In this document: piece after piece, positions 20,414-31,393 of the stretch
How positions within the stretch are numbered: the stretch's first letter is position 1
Layout: the number at the start of each line of letters is the position of its first letter
NCBI GenBank assembly: GCA_902564535.1
Contig: CACFBG010000004.1
Span: forward strand, 5,893-69,892
Length of the DNA stretch: 64,000 bases
DNA from: an uncultured Prochlorococcus sp.
GTDB lineage: Bacteria; Cyanobacteriota; Cyanobacteriia; PCC-6307; Cyanobiaceae
Direction: 5' to 3'
Translations under genes and position numbers: made by a program
The notes under the pieces: generated by a model
Seen by the model: the letters and a program-made list of their open reading frames with translations, nothing else
Told to the model about the DNA's origin: nothing
Database searches by the model: none

Positions 20414-23059
20414 TTAATTAATTTTATTATTTATTAAATTAACCACTTCCCTTGTATTTGAAGATAAATTATTATTTGCCAACCTTTGTATAGCTTTTAA
20501 CATATTTTCATTATATGGATAAGTATATTTTTCCCAGGGTATAAAAATCTTTGCCAATCGTGATGCAGTTATTGGATTTCTAGAATCAAGCTCTATCAAC
20601 TGATCGCAAATAAACTCATAACCACTACAGTCTAATGAATGAAATGCAGGGATATTTGTAGAAAAGCCTCCCAAAATAGCTCTAATAGTATTTGGAGCCT
20701 TTATATCAAATTTTGAATGTAGTAATAACTTTTCAACCTTTTCTAAAGCATTTTTACTTGGCATAGAAGCGAGCAAGGAGAACCAAGAATCCAAAATAAC
20801 TGGTCGGTCTTTCCATCTTTGATAAAAAATGTCCATGGCCATAGCTCTTTCTTCGCATTCAATTGGATGTAATGCCAATAAAGAATAACGAGCTAAAGTC
20901 ATTGATTTATTATTTACATTTTTTAAAGCATATTTTTTCGCGCTATCATCTCCAGCGCGAGAAAGTAAATTCAATGCAATTCCAGTATTTCGCCTAGCAG
21001 ATTGACCTAAAGGCCATTCTTTTTCTAAATCATTTTTTGACCTAGAAATAATTTCTTTCAAAGAATCAGATAATTTTCTACCTAAATTTGAAATAAATTC
21101 ATTGCGCGTATTAAAAAGCAATATTGGATCTATTTCTTCTTGATACGCTTCTAATTCAGCAATACCTGGAACAGAAAGTAATTTTGCAACTAGCAACTCA
21201 GAGTATTCATATTCTTGCTCAATATTCTGTTTTAAGATATATATTAAATTATCTTCTAATGAATTAGATATTTCCCCATTTAACCTATAAAGAAGAGCTT
21301 TTCTCATTAGTATTTGACCTGCTTCCCATTTAGAAAAAGGGTCATCTTCAAACCTAAAAAGATAAAGGTATTCTTGCTCAGAAAAATCAGTTTCCCAAAC
21401 CACTGGAGCAGAAAATGTTCGAAAGAAAGAGGGAATTGGTTTATTTTCAGATGAATCTTTTAAAGCGAAAGAAATCTTTTCATGAAATTTGCTAAGTACA
21501 ATTAATTCTTCTTTCTTTGACTTTTTATTTCTATCTAAGAACGAAGTTAAGATCGGAATTACTAAAGGTTTTTTATTCTTCTCCCCAGGAGTATCAGGAA
21601 TTTTTTGTTTAAATTCAATAATAAGTTTTTCATTTTGAGGTTGCCATTCTCTTCTAATAGAAACATGTGGAGTTCCGGCCTGTGAATACCAACGAGAAAA
21701 TTGATCTGGGTCAAAATTCAAATCCTCTTTTGTTCCGATTGAACTTAAAGTTAATGTATTTAAAAAATCTTCAGTAGTTGCAAAACTTCCATCAAATTTT
21801 CTTATATAAGCTTGAAAACCTGATCTAAATCTTAGATGCCCAAGCAAAGTTTGAAGCATACGGACTAATTCAGCACCTTTTTCATAAATAGTTGTTGTAT
21901 AAAAATTATCTATTGATAAATATGAACTTGGCTTAACTGGATGTGCGGTGGGCCCAGAGTCTTCTTTGAATTGAGTATTCCTTAGGAAAGAAACATCTTC
22001 AATTCTTTTGAGAGCAGATGAATGAGTATCTGCAGTAAAACATTGATCCCTAAAAACAGTTAATCCTTCTTTTAAAGAAAGCTGAAACCAATCTCTACAG
22101 GTAATTCTATTGCCAGTCCAATTATGAAAATATTCATGTGCAACAACACTTTCGATTCTCTCTAGCTCTTCATCGGTAGCCGTAGCAGAGTCGGCTAATA
22201 TCAATTTTGAATTAAAAATATTTAGACTTTTATTTTCCATAGCCCCCATATTAAAATGCCTAACTGCTACGATATTAAATTGATCTAAATCATATTCAAG
22301 TCCATAAACATCTTCATCCCACTTCATTGCTCTTTTAAGCGATTCAATGGCATGATTAGTATATTTTTCATCTCCAGGCTCAACATGCAAACGAATTAAT
22401 ATTTCTCGTCCTGATCTTGTAATAAACCTAGAATTATTTTCCTTTAGATTTCCTGCCACTAAGGCAAAAAGATAAGAAGGTTTTGGATGAGGATCCTCCC
22501 AAATAACTATATGCCTATTGGCTTTTACTTCTTTGATCTCACCAGAATCTATAAAATTACCATTAGATAATAATATAGGAAATTTTGCCTTATCGGCTTC
22601 TATTGTAACTCTATATTTACTAAGGATATCTGGCCTATCAGGATGAAAACATATCCTACGAAAACCTTCTGCCTCACATTGAGTCAATAGAATTCCATCA
22701 CTAACATACATACCTTCTAAAGAAGTATTTTTATGTGGATATATTCTACTAAAAATTTCTAAGATAAAAGAATTTTGTGGAATTTTTTTCAAGGTTAATT
22801 TATCATTTTCTAAATCATATTCTGAATAAGAAAGCTTTTTTTTATTAATAAAAATTGATATCAAGTTAATATCTTTGCCTTTTAAAATCAAATTTAAACT
22901 ATTATCTTGATCTGGCAATATTTGCATAGAGCTTTTAATATCTACATGAAAATCTTCAATTAAAATATTTAATTCAATTGAAGGAATTAAGAAAGGGAAA
23001 TGTTTATAGTCTTTCAGCTTTGTAATATTCTTTGTAGATAAATTATCCATTTGAGACAT
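20414..23059 (-). CDS. pepN: Aminopeptidase N (M1 family)
   Basis: GAMEN exopeptidase motif and the zinc motif HEYFHNWTGN...E. The length is typical of PepN. Confidence 0.9.
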   Translation of the reverse strand: MSQMDNLSTKNITKLKDYKHFPFLIPSIELNILIEDFHVDIKSSMQILPDQDNSLNLILKGKDINLISIFINKKKLSYSEYDLENDKLTLKKIPQNSFILEIFSRIYPHKNTSLEGMYVSDGILLTQCEAEGFRRICFHPDRPDILSKYRVTIEADKAKFPILLSNGNFIDSGEIKEVKANRHIVIWEDPHPKPSYLFALVAGNLKENNSRFITRSGREILIRLHVEPGDEKYTNHAIESLKRAMKWDEDVYGLEYDLDQFNIVAVRHFNMGAMENKSLNIFNSKLILADSATATDEELERIESVVAHEYFHNWTGNRITCRDWFQLSLKEGLTVFRDQCFTADTHSSALKRIEDVSFLRNTQFKEDSGPTAHPVKPSSYLSIDNFYTTTIYEKGAELVRMLQTLLGHLRFRSGFQAYIRKFDGSFATTEDFLNTLTLSSIGTKEDLNFDPDQFSRWYSQAGTPHVSIRREWQPQNEKLIIEFKQKIPDTPGEKNKKPLVIPILTSFLDRNKKSKKEELIVLSKFHEKISFALKDSSENKPIPSFFRTFSAPVVWETDFSEQEYLYLFRFEDDPFSKWEAGQILMRKALLYRLNGEISNSLEDNLIYILKQNIEQEYEYSELLVAKLLSVPGIAELEAYQEEIDPILLFNTRNEFISNLGRKLSDSLKEIISRSKNDLEKEWPLGQSARRNTGIALNLLSRAGDDSAKKYALKNVNNKSMTLARYSLLALHPIECEERAMAMDIFYQRWKDRPVILDSWFSLLASMPSKNALEKVEKLLLHSKFDIKAPNTIRAILGGFSTNIPAFHSLDCSGYEFICDQLIELDSRNPITASRLAKIFIPWEKYTYPYNENMLKAIQRLANNNLSSNTREVVNLINNKIN

Positions 23060-23118
23060 GACATGAAAAATTGAATCTAAGAATAAATTTATTTATAATG
23101 CTTCTTTATATTATGAGT

Positions 23119-23550
23119 CTATTTTTTCTTACGAGATTTTTTCTGGGATTGGATTGCTTTTTCGACTTTCTTTTTTATTTTTTTTGGGACTTGTTTCGGG
23201 CAATATTCCATCGCAGCAGTAACTATTTGAAACTCCGCACCACTGAAGAGTTGTTTATTTGTAAGTTTCTTTTTACCAGCGGAGGCCACCAATCCTCCAT
23301 GTCGACCATTTAATACTTGAACATAAGTTGCTGCAGCAATACCAATAGCCTTAGGGAATTCAACATCAGACGTCCTAGCATTGCAAAAATAAGAAGCTGT
23401 GATACCTCTATATAAGTAAACATCCTCTTTTGATGCTGGTTTCAGCTTTAAAGAGCTCTCTTCATTGGCCATTGCATGAGGAGCAAGGCCCAAAAGAGAT
23501 TGCCCAACAATAAAGGCAGGCAATAAGGAGCTAAGAAGACGAAAAGTCAA
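23119..23550 (-). CDS. Hypothetical secreted protein with a lysine-rich C-terminal tail
   Basis: Signal-peptide-like N-terminus (MTFRLLSSLLPAFIVGQSLLGLAPHAMA) with a TTG start. The C-terminus is KKIKKKVEKAIQSQKKSRKKK. Confidence 0.5.
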   Translation of the reverse strand: MTFRLLSSLLPAFIVGQSLLGLAPHAMANEESSLKLKPASKEDVYLYRGITASYFCNARTSDVEFPKAIGIAAATYVQVLNGRHGGLVASAGKKKLTNKQLFSGAEFQIVTAAMEYCPKQVPKKIKKKVEKAIQSQKKSRKKK

Positions 23551-24082
23551 AGTTTTCTAAAACGTAATAAGAAATTTCTTCTATGCTGCCTTATCGCAAG
23601 AGGAAATAAACAGCATAGAAAGCACAATACTCTAATAGGGAAGTTACAACAGATCCTTCCATTGAGAACACGCTCCAGAAACGGAAAAAAATTCCTCAAA
23701 AAATAATGTCATACTTTTCATCCATTATTTAAAGCTCAAGTTAGATCAATAGAAAAATACTTTTTCTAATTTTTATATACAAATAAAATCAAGAATGCTT
23801 TTAAAAAGTGATTCTTCAAGGAAACCAGATCTCATTTAATCTCAGATAAAAATTATCATAATACAATAGTAAAAGAATATATATATAAAATATAGGCCGA
23901 CAAATATAAAAAGATTAACAAAATGTACTGCAAAATTTACAGTAATTTTCTATCTTGCCTTGATAGGATTAGAAACACGATTGCGTTATTACCACAACAG
24001 AATCTTTATCAAAGCAATAGTTCAATGACAAGATCTCCAACCAACGCATATTGTGTCTCACAACAAGCTCTAAGTACTCCTA

Positions 24083-25234
24083 TTGGTAAATGGGACAAAA
24101 GCCAATACAGATAGGCAGCAGTTAAAACTGGTGCTTGTTGCCTCACGGCATCACCTCTCTGGAGGAGATATCCGTTCGCTCCTAAATTTTCTTAAAGAAG
24201 AAGACTGTGGGTTTGAAGTATCGCTTGAAGTCTCTGAACCGAGTGAACACCCTGAAGTTCTTGAATTACATCGTTTAGTTGCAATTCCTGCTCTAATAAA
24301 AACAGCTCCCTCTCCAAAACAAATTTTTGCTGGGAGCACTATTTTTCAGCAATTTAAAAGTTGGATTCCTAGATGGAAACAAGAAGATTTTATTAGCGGG
24401 CTTGGATTAAGCCTAAAGCCATCAGGACTAGATAACGATAGATCGCAGAAAGAATTACAGTTGGAGGATGAATTATTAGTTTTAAGGCAAGAGAATGAAA
24501 CTCTAATAAAGAAAATTCATTCGCAAGAAAGATTATTAAGGATGGTAGCCCATGAATTAAGGACTCCTCTTACGGCAGCTGCACTAGCTGTTCAAAGCCA
24601 AAAGCTTGGTCAAATAAATTTAGAGAAATTCCAAGAAGTAATTAAAAGAAGACTTGATGAGATTGAATCTTTATCTAAAGATCTTCTTGAAGTAGGTATC
24701 ACGAAATGGGAGGCTTTGTTTAACCCTCAAAAACTTGATCTAGCAAACGTAGCGGCAGAAGCAATTCTTGAACTTGAGAAGCAATGGTTAAATAGAGATA
24801 TTAATGTTGTTACTGATATTCCTTCAGATTTACCGCAAGTATTTGCAGATCAAAGAAGGATGCACCAAGTTCTATTGAACCTAATTGAGAATGCTCTTAA
24901 ATTCACAAAGTCAAGTGGGCATATACAAATAAGCATGCTTCATAGAACAAATCAATGGGTACAAGTAATTATTTCTGATAATGGTCCTGGAATTCCAGAA
25001 GAAGAGCAACAAAGAATTTTTCTAGATAGAGTTAGATTGCCTCAAACTTCAGAACAAACTTCAGGTTTTGGAATTGGCCTTTCAGTTTGCAGAAGAATAG
25101 TTGAAGTCCATGGAGGAAAGATTTGGGTAGTGTCTGAACCTAAGAAAGGATCAAGCTTTTATTTCACTGTTCCAGTTTGGCAAGGACAAGACAAAGGAAA
25201 TGAGTCCTTGACGGAAGGCAAGTCCGAACCGTAG
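24083..25234 (+). CDS. sasA: Adaptive-response sensor histidine kinase SasA (KaiB-like N-terminal domain plus HisKA/HATPase)
   Basis: The N-terminus [11 protein letters not shown]...[12 protein letters not shown] resembles the KaiB-like fold. H-box [10 protein letters not shown] and N/G boxes ([22 protein letters not shown]) are present. The only in-frame start upstream of the first beta-strand is a TTG. Confidence 0.85.
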   Translation: MVNGTKANTDRQQLKLVLVASRHHLSGGDIRSLLNFLKEEDCGFEVSLEVSEPSEHPEVLELHRLVAIPALIKTAPSPKQIFAGSTIFQQFKSWIPRWKQEDFISGLGLSLKPSGLDNDRSQKELQLEDELLVLRQENETLIKKIHSQERLLRMVAHELRTPLTAAALAVQSQKLGQINLEKFQEVIKRRLDEIESLSKDLLEVGITKWEALFNPQKLDLANVAAEAILELEKQWLNRDINVVTDIPSDLPQVFADQRRMHQVLLNLIENALKFTKSSGHIQISMLHRTNQWVQVIISDNGPGIPEEEQQRIFLDRVRLPQTSEQTSGFGIGLSVCRRIVEVHGGKIWVVSEPKKGSSFYFTVPVWQGQDKGNESLTEGKSEP

Positions 25235-25279
25235 TTTTCGAATGTGATCATTTGTACAAGCTAAAATGATCATGGCCTC

Positions 25280-25352
25280 GCCCCCATCGTCTAGAGGCCT
25301 AGGACACCTCCCTTTCACGGAGGCGACAGGGGTTCGAATCCCCTTGGGGGTA
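25280..25352 (+). tRNA. trnE: tRNA-Glu (anticodon UUC), CCA not encoded
   Basis: GCCCCCATCGTCTAGAGGCCTAGGACACCTCCCTTTCACGGAGGCGACAGGGGTTCGAATCCCCTTGGGGGTA folds as a cloverleaf. It has a CT-TTC-AC anticodon loop, a GGTTCGAATCC T-arm, and the G1-U72 pair typical of cyanobacterial and plastid tRNA-Glu. Confidence 0.95.
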
Positions 25353-25739
25353 TCCATGAATAATCTCCAAAAGATAATTAGCAAATATTTCTTTTTTGTT
25401 TCTAGGGCTTAGTTCTAAAAAAAATATGAACCCTATTTTTTCAGCCCTTAGGAATCTATCGACAAATAATTTAACTTTTTAAGGGAGCCAGACCCAAAAA
25501 GAACTGATTCAAGCTTCTCCCAATAAAAATCCAATCTTGATTCGACACAAAACCTCAGTAGAAACGATTAGTAATATTAGGGTTTAAAAAAAAATCTAAT
25601 CCTTTTTTTGACGAAGGTAAACAGATGAAAAGCCTTTATAACATTGAAATAATTCACAAATTAAAGAAGAGATCTATTGTTGTGCCAATCTCAAAACGTG
25701 AACGAGAAAACGTTTTTCTTTGCTAATTCAGACACATAG

Positions 25740-26897
<1,158 letters not shown>

Positions 26898-26916
26898 AAT
26901 AAACTCTCAATTAAAG

Positions 26917-26994
26917 AAAAAACTTAAAATTGATTGTTAAATATTGATCACTATAATCTTAAGTAAACCTAGATTTATCCATTTTAAGTTTTTT
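26917..26994 (+). terminator. Candidate petH terminator: a 14-bp inverted repeat (AAAAAACTTAAAAT ... ATTTTAAGTTTTTT) with a 50-nt spacer and a T-rich 3' arm
   Basis: The arms at 26917-26930 and 26981-26994 are exact reverse complements. The stem is almost entirely AT, so stability is doubtful. Confidence 0.3.
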
Positions 26995-27082
26995 GGGCAT
27001 CCGAGAACAAATTATGGCGAACCTGAAAAGAACACTTTGAATCAAATGATTACTTATCAATCCTTCTTAAAAGGCCAAGGAT

Positions 27083-28606
27083 ATGATCATGCCTATTACA
27101 AATCCCTTAAGACTTGGACTTAGGCAAGAAAGAGTTATCCCTCCACAATGCCTTGTAATTTTTGGAGCAAGTGGTGACCTTACTCACAGGAAATTAGTTC
27201 CTGCTCTATTTGAACTATTCCTTCAAAGGCGTTTGCCTAGTGAATTTGCAGTTCTTGGATGTGCTCGTAGGCCTTGGAGCGATGAGTTTTTCCGAGAAAG
27301 AATGGCAGAGTCTCTACAAGAAAAAATAAAGGACAACTCTTTAGCCTGGGAACAATTTTCAAAAGGTCTCTTTTATGAACCAGTAGATCTTCAAAAAGCA
27401 GATGATGTTATACGTCTTGGTGAGCGTTTAAATGCAATAGATAGACTTAAAGCTACTCACAATAATAGAACCTTCTATCTATCTGTTGCACCTAAATTCT
27501 ATGGTAATGGCTGCAGAGCTCTGGCCTCTGCTGGATTATTAAAAGACCCTAAAAGGAGCCGCGTTGTCATTGAAAAGCCTTTCGGAAGAGACTTCTCGAG
27601 TGCAAGAGATTTAAATGAATTAGTTCAAAATTGTGCTCTCGAAAGTCAAATATTTCGCATTGATCACTATCTAGGGAAAGAAACAGTTCAAAATATATTA
27701 GTTCTTAGATTTGCAAATACAATTTTCGAACCAATTTGGAATAGGAATTATATTTCCAATGTACAAATCACAGCAGCAGAAACTGTTGGAGTCGAAGAAC
27801 GAGCTGGATATTATGAAACATCTGGAGCATTAAGAGATATGGTTCAAAACCACCTAACTCAAATGCTTGCAATAACAGCGATGGAGCCCCCAGGACATTT
27901 CGACCCAGAAGCTATAAGGAATGAGAAAGCAAAGGTGCTTCAAGCAGCTCGTCTAGCGAATGAAAATGAGCCTTGGAAATGTTGTGTTCGTGGCCAATAT
28001 TCCAAAGGAGGAACAACTACTAATCCAATTAATGGCTATAGAGAAGAACCTGGAGTCAATCCTAATAGCACCACCGAAACATATGTAGCGACCAAACTTT
28101 TTATAGAAAATTGGAGATGGCAAGGCGTTCCTTTTTATATTCGAACTGGGAAAAGATTACCGAAGAGATTAAGTGAAGTAGTCCTGACTTTCAGAGAGGC
28201 TCCGGTGCACTTATTTGATTCTGCATCAGGAAGTCCTACCCCAAATCAATTGATTTTAAGAATTCAACCTGATGAAGGAGCAGAATTTCGATTCGAAGTT
28301 AAATCTCCTGGCTCAGGAATGCGAAGTAGAGCTGTTGAGATGGATTTTTCTTATGATCAGACTTTTGGTGAGCCATCAGACGAAGGATATGTTCGTCTTC
28401 TAGCAGATGCAATGCTTGGTGATCCAACTCTTTTCACTCGAAGTGATGAAGTCGAAGCTGCCTGGCGCCTATATACCCCTTTATTAGAACTAATTGGAGA
28501 TAGTCCATGGCAACTTCCAATTTATCCTTATGAATCTGGAACTTGGGGACCAACAGCATCGGATGATCTTTTATCGAAAGATCTCCTTCTCTGGCGGAGG
28601 CCATAA
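27083..28606 (+). CDS. zwf: Glucose-6-phosphate 1-dehydrogenase
   Basis: FGASGDLT, RIDHYLGKE and EKPFG motifs. Confidence 0.95.
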   Translation: MIMPITNPLRLGLRQERVIPPQCLVIFGASGDLTHRKLVPALFELFLQRRLPSEFAVLGCARRPWSDEFFRERMAESLQEKIKDNSLAWEQFSKGLFYEPVDLQKADDVIRLGERLNAIDRLKATHNNRTFYLSVAPKFYGNGCRALASAGLLKDPKRSRVVIEKPFGRDFSSARDLNELVQNCALESQIFRIDHYLGKETVQNILVLRFANTIFEPIWNRNYISNVQITAAETVGVEERAGYYETSGALRDMVQNHLTQMLAITAMEPPGHFDPEAIRNEKAKVLQAARLANENEPWKCCVRGQYSKGGTTTNPINGYREEPGVNPNSTTETYVATKLFIENWRWQGVPFYIRTGKRLPKRLSEVVLTFREAPVHLFDSASGSPTPNQLILRIQPDEGAEFRFEVKSPGSGMRSRAVEMDFSYDQTFGEPSDEGYVRLLADAMLGDPTLFTRSDEVEAAWRLYTPLLELIGDSPWQLPIYPYESGTWGPTASDDLLSKDLLLWRRP

Positions 28607-28644
28607 ATATAATATTTAATTTTTTTTTTAACACAAAGCCAAAA

Positions 28645-29952
28645 ATGTCTCCTCAATTAACCCTTCAAACTCCCATTCAATTACCTCCTAGCGAAATACC
28701 TAGTTACCTAGAGCAGCTTTGGGAAAAAGATCAAAAAGGCAATACTGGTGCAAATACTTTTTGCCTGGTTATATGGCAACCTGCCTGGTTAGAACAACAA
28801 TTGATAAGGACGGGGAAACTTAAAGGACCTATTTTGGGTACTCAACATAATGATTTGTTAGAAGCCTCAAGGAAAGTTGTTTTAAATGAAAATCTACCAA
28901 TTAGTACAGCTCCATTAGACAAATGCATTACAGCTTCATTAGAGAAAAAAGATGGGAGGAATATTACTGAAGACTTAAGAGGTCAACATATTGATCCAGA
29001 TATCAGCGCTCTCAAGCCAAGAAGACTCATTACCCTTGCTCCAAAAATCCAGCAAGACAGCAAACTTGAAACAACTGTTGCGGCTTATTGTCCTCTTTTA
29101 GAAGAAGGTAATAGCACTTCTGCATGTGGAGACGCAATAGTACTTAGAGGAGGCTTAGATGCATTAAATAATGGATTAAATATCTTAAATGAATTACTTC
29201 CGAAAGAACTTCCTTCATGGCTTTGGTGGAATGGAAATTTAGATGAAGCGAATGATTTACTTGCTCAACTTGCATTAGAGCATAGAAGATTAATTATTGA
29301 TACTGCTATTGGTAATCCCTTGAATTGCCTTAAACTTCTTCAAAAAAGAATAAAAATGGGCCAAGCAGTAAGTGATCTCAATTGGCTTAGACTTAGGAAC
29401 TGGAGAGAATCTCTTGCTACTGTATTTGACCCCCCACAAAGAAGAAAGGAACTTAACAAAATTGTTCAGATAGATATAGATATAAAAGGTAACCATCCAG
29501 TTCAAGGATTATTATTAGCAGCTTGGATAGCAGATCGTCTTGGCTGGGAATTAAAGAACTCAAGTAAATTAGAAGATGACTCTATTTGTGCTCTATTTAA
29601 TAATAGAGATAAAGATTCAATAAAATTTCAATTAACGCCTTTACCAATTGGGACGCCAAGTATTCATCCTGGACAAATAGTCGGAGTTCGATTGATATGT
29701 AAAACCAATCCTGAACCTAAAAATGATTTATGTATCATTTTAGCCTCTGAATCTGGTGAATGCATGAGACTTGAAGCTGGTGGAATGGCAAGCATGGAAC
29801 TGATAGAAGAAGTGGTTCCTCGCCAAAAAGACTCTTTGGAAAAAGATGTAGCTAGACTTCTTAGCAGCAGCAGAGGGAGTTCAAGTCCACTGCTTTCAAA
29901 TGCTGCGCCAATCGCACATAAAATTCTTAGTTTTGCAGAACGTCAAAATTAG
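28645..29952 (+). CDS. opcA: OpcA, the G6PDH assembly/allosteric effector protein
   Basis: It lies immediately downstream of zwf, as in other cyanobacteria. Size and overall sequence character fit OpcA. Confidence 0.8.
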   Translation: MSPQLTLQTPIQLPPSEIPSYLEQLWEKDQKGNTGANTFCLVIWQPAWLEQQLIRTGKLKGPILGTQHNDLLEASRKVVLNENLPISTAPLDKCITASLEKKDGRNITEDLRGQHIDPDISALKPRRLITLAPKIQQDSKLETTVAAYCPLLEEGNSTSACGDAIVLRGGLDALNNGLNILNELLPKELPSWLWWNGNLDEANDLLAQLALEHRRLIIDTAIGNPLNCLKLLQKRIKMGQAVSDLNWLRLRNWRESLATVFDPPQRRKELNKIVQIDIDIKGNHPVQGLLLAAWIADRLGWELKNSSKLEDDSICALFNNRDKDSIKFQLTPLPIGTPSIHPGQIVGVRLICKTNPEPKNDLCIILASESGECMRLEAGGMASMELIEEVVPRQKDSLEKDVARLLSSSRGSSSPLLSNAAPIAHKILSFAERQN

Positions 29953-29977
29953 AATCTAACCTTTTACATATCGGATA

Positions 29978-31393
29978 ATGGCATGTGTAATTTCCGCTCC
30001 GTCAAGTGGGAGCGGCAAAACACTTTTAAGCATTCTTCTAAGTTCCTGGGCTAAAACTCATAAACTAAAATTGCAATCTTTTAAAGTAGGGCCAGACTAT
30101 CTAGATCCACAAATTTTATCTGTTATTTCAGGAAAACCTTGCAGAAATTTAGATCTGATTTTATCAGGAAAAAATTGGTTGAAAAATAGTTTTCATGGCT
30201 ATGGCTCCGATAGCGATCTTACATTAATTGAAGGAGTTATGGGTCTGTTCGATGGAATCGGGAGTTCATCAAATGGCAGTACTGCCGCAGTAGCAAAAGA
30301 GCTATGTTTACCAGTTATATTAGTAGTAAATGCTAGTGGCCAAGCGGCATCATTAGGTGCTTTAATAACAGGTTTCAAGAACAAAGATCCTCAAATAAAT
30401 CTTGCTGGGGTTGTCATTAATAGAGTTAGCTCGAAAAGACACAAGGCATTACTAGAAGAGGTCCTTTCATCTATTGGTATAAAGATGCTTGGATGTCTTC
30501 CAAAGGAAGAAGATTTAAGAATAGAAAGTAGCCATTTAGGCATAGCTCCACAACATGAAATAAAAAATCTCAATATGCGTATATCTCAATGGAGTGAAAT
30601 CGCAGAGAGAACTCTCAATATTGATGAGTTTTTAACTCTAATGAAGCCTCCTAGTTTTTCAGAAAATCCGATTAAAAACATATTAAAACAAGAAAAAAAG
30701 CTATATATTAGCAATGCAAATGTAGCTATTGCTGCAGATGAAGCTTTTCATTTTCGTTATCCAGAAACACAAGAAATATTAGAACAGATAGGTATAAATA
30801 TAATTGAATGGAGTCCACTCAAAGATGAGTTAATACCAAAGAACATAGGAGGACTAATATTACCTGGAGGCTTCCCTGAGCTTCATGCAGAGCAAATAAG
30901 TTCCTCTAAAAAAAGTATATCTTCTTTGAGAGATCATTATGGGAAGATCCCAATCTATGCGGAATGTGGTGGGATGATTCTATTAGGAGAAAGTATAAAT
31001 GACTTGAATGGCAAAAATCATTCCATGGCAGGAATATTACCTTTCAGGGCTGAGGAAGGCTCACTTCAAGTAGGTTATAGGAAGATTGTTGGAATTAAAG
31101 ATAGTTTGCTAATAAAAAAAGGTGATCAATTAAATGGGCATGAATACCATAGATGGAAATTATTAAATGTGAGTAGATCTAATATAAAAAAATTAAATGA
31201 AGCCAGATTAAATCCACCATGGAAAGTAAGTGGTTGGAATATTCATCAAAAAGAAGAAGGCTGGAGCAACGAAATGCTACATGCAAGTTGGATTCATCTT
31301 CATTGGCCAAGTAATATAAATATTATAAAAAGATGGAAAGATTCTATCAATAATAATCGATCTAATCAATTTTTAATAAAAGAATCAAATTGA
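29978..31393 (+). CDS. cobB: Cobyrinic acid a,c-diamide synthase
   Basis: N-terminal P-loop-like SSGSGKT, GPDY.DP, and a C-terminal GATase-3 domain with ECGG. Confidence 0.85.
   Translation: MACVISAPSSGSGKTLLSILLSSWAKTHKLKLQSFKVGPDYLDPQILSVISGKPCRNLDLILSGKNWLKNSFHGYGSDSDLTLIEGVMGLFDGIGSSSNGSTAAVAKELCLPVILVVNASGQAASLGALITGFKNKDPQINLAGVVINRVSSKRHKALLEEVLSSIGIKMLGCLPKEEDLRIESSHLGIAPQHEIKNLNMRISQWSEIAERTLNIDEFLTLMKPPSFSENPIKNILKQEKKLYISNANVAIAADEAFHFRYPETQEILEQIGINIIEWSPLKDELIPKNIGGLILPGGFPELHAEQISSSKKSISSLRDHYGKIPIYAECGGMILLGESINDLNGKNHSMAGILPFRAEEGSLQVGYRKIVGIKDSLLIKKGDQLNGHEYHRWKLLNVSRSNIKKLNEARLNPPWKVSGWNIHQKEEGWSNEMLHASWIHLHWPSNINIIKRWKDSINNNRSNQFLIKESN

Noticed and set aside
23923-24114. 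63-aa plus-strand ORF in the sasA upstream spacer
   Set aside because: It is out of frame with sasA and overlaps its start. It is Ser/Asn/Gln/Cys-rich with no motif or ribosome-binding site. I treat it as part of the non-coding spacer and discuss the spacer itself as a finding.
25151-25384. 77-aa minus-strand ORF after sasA
   Set aside because: It overlaps the sasA 3' end and the whole tRNA-Glu gene, and the tRNA explains the sequence.
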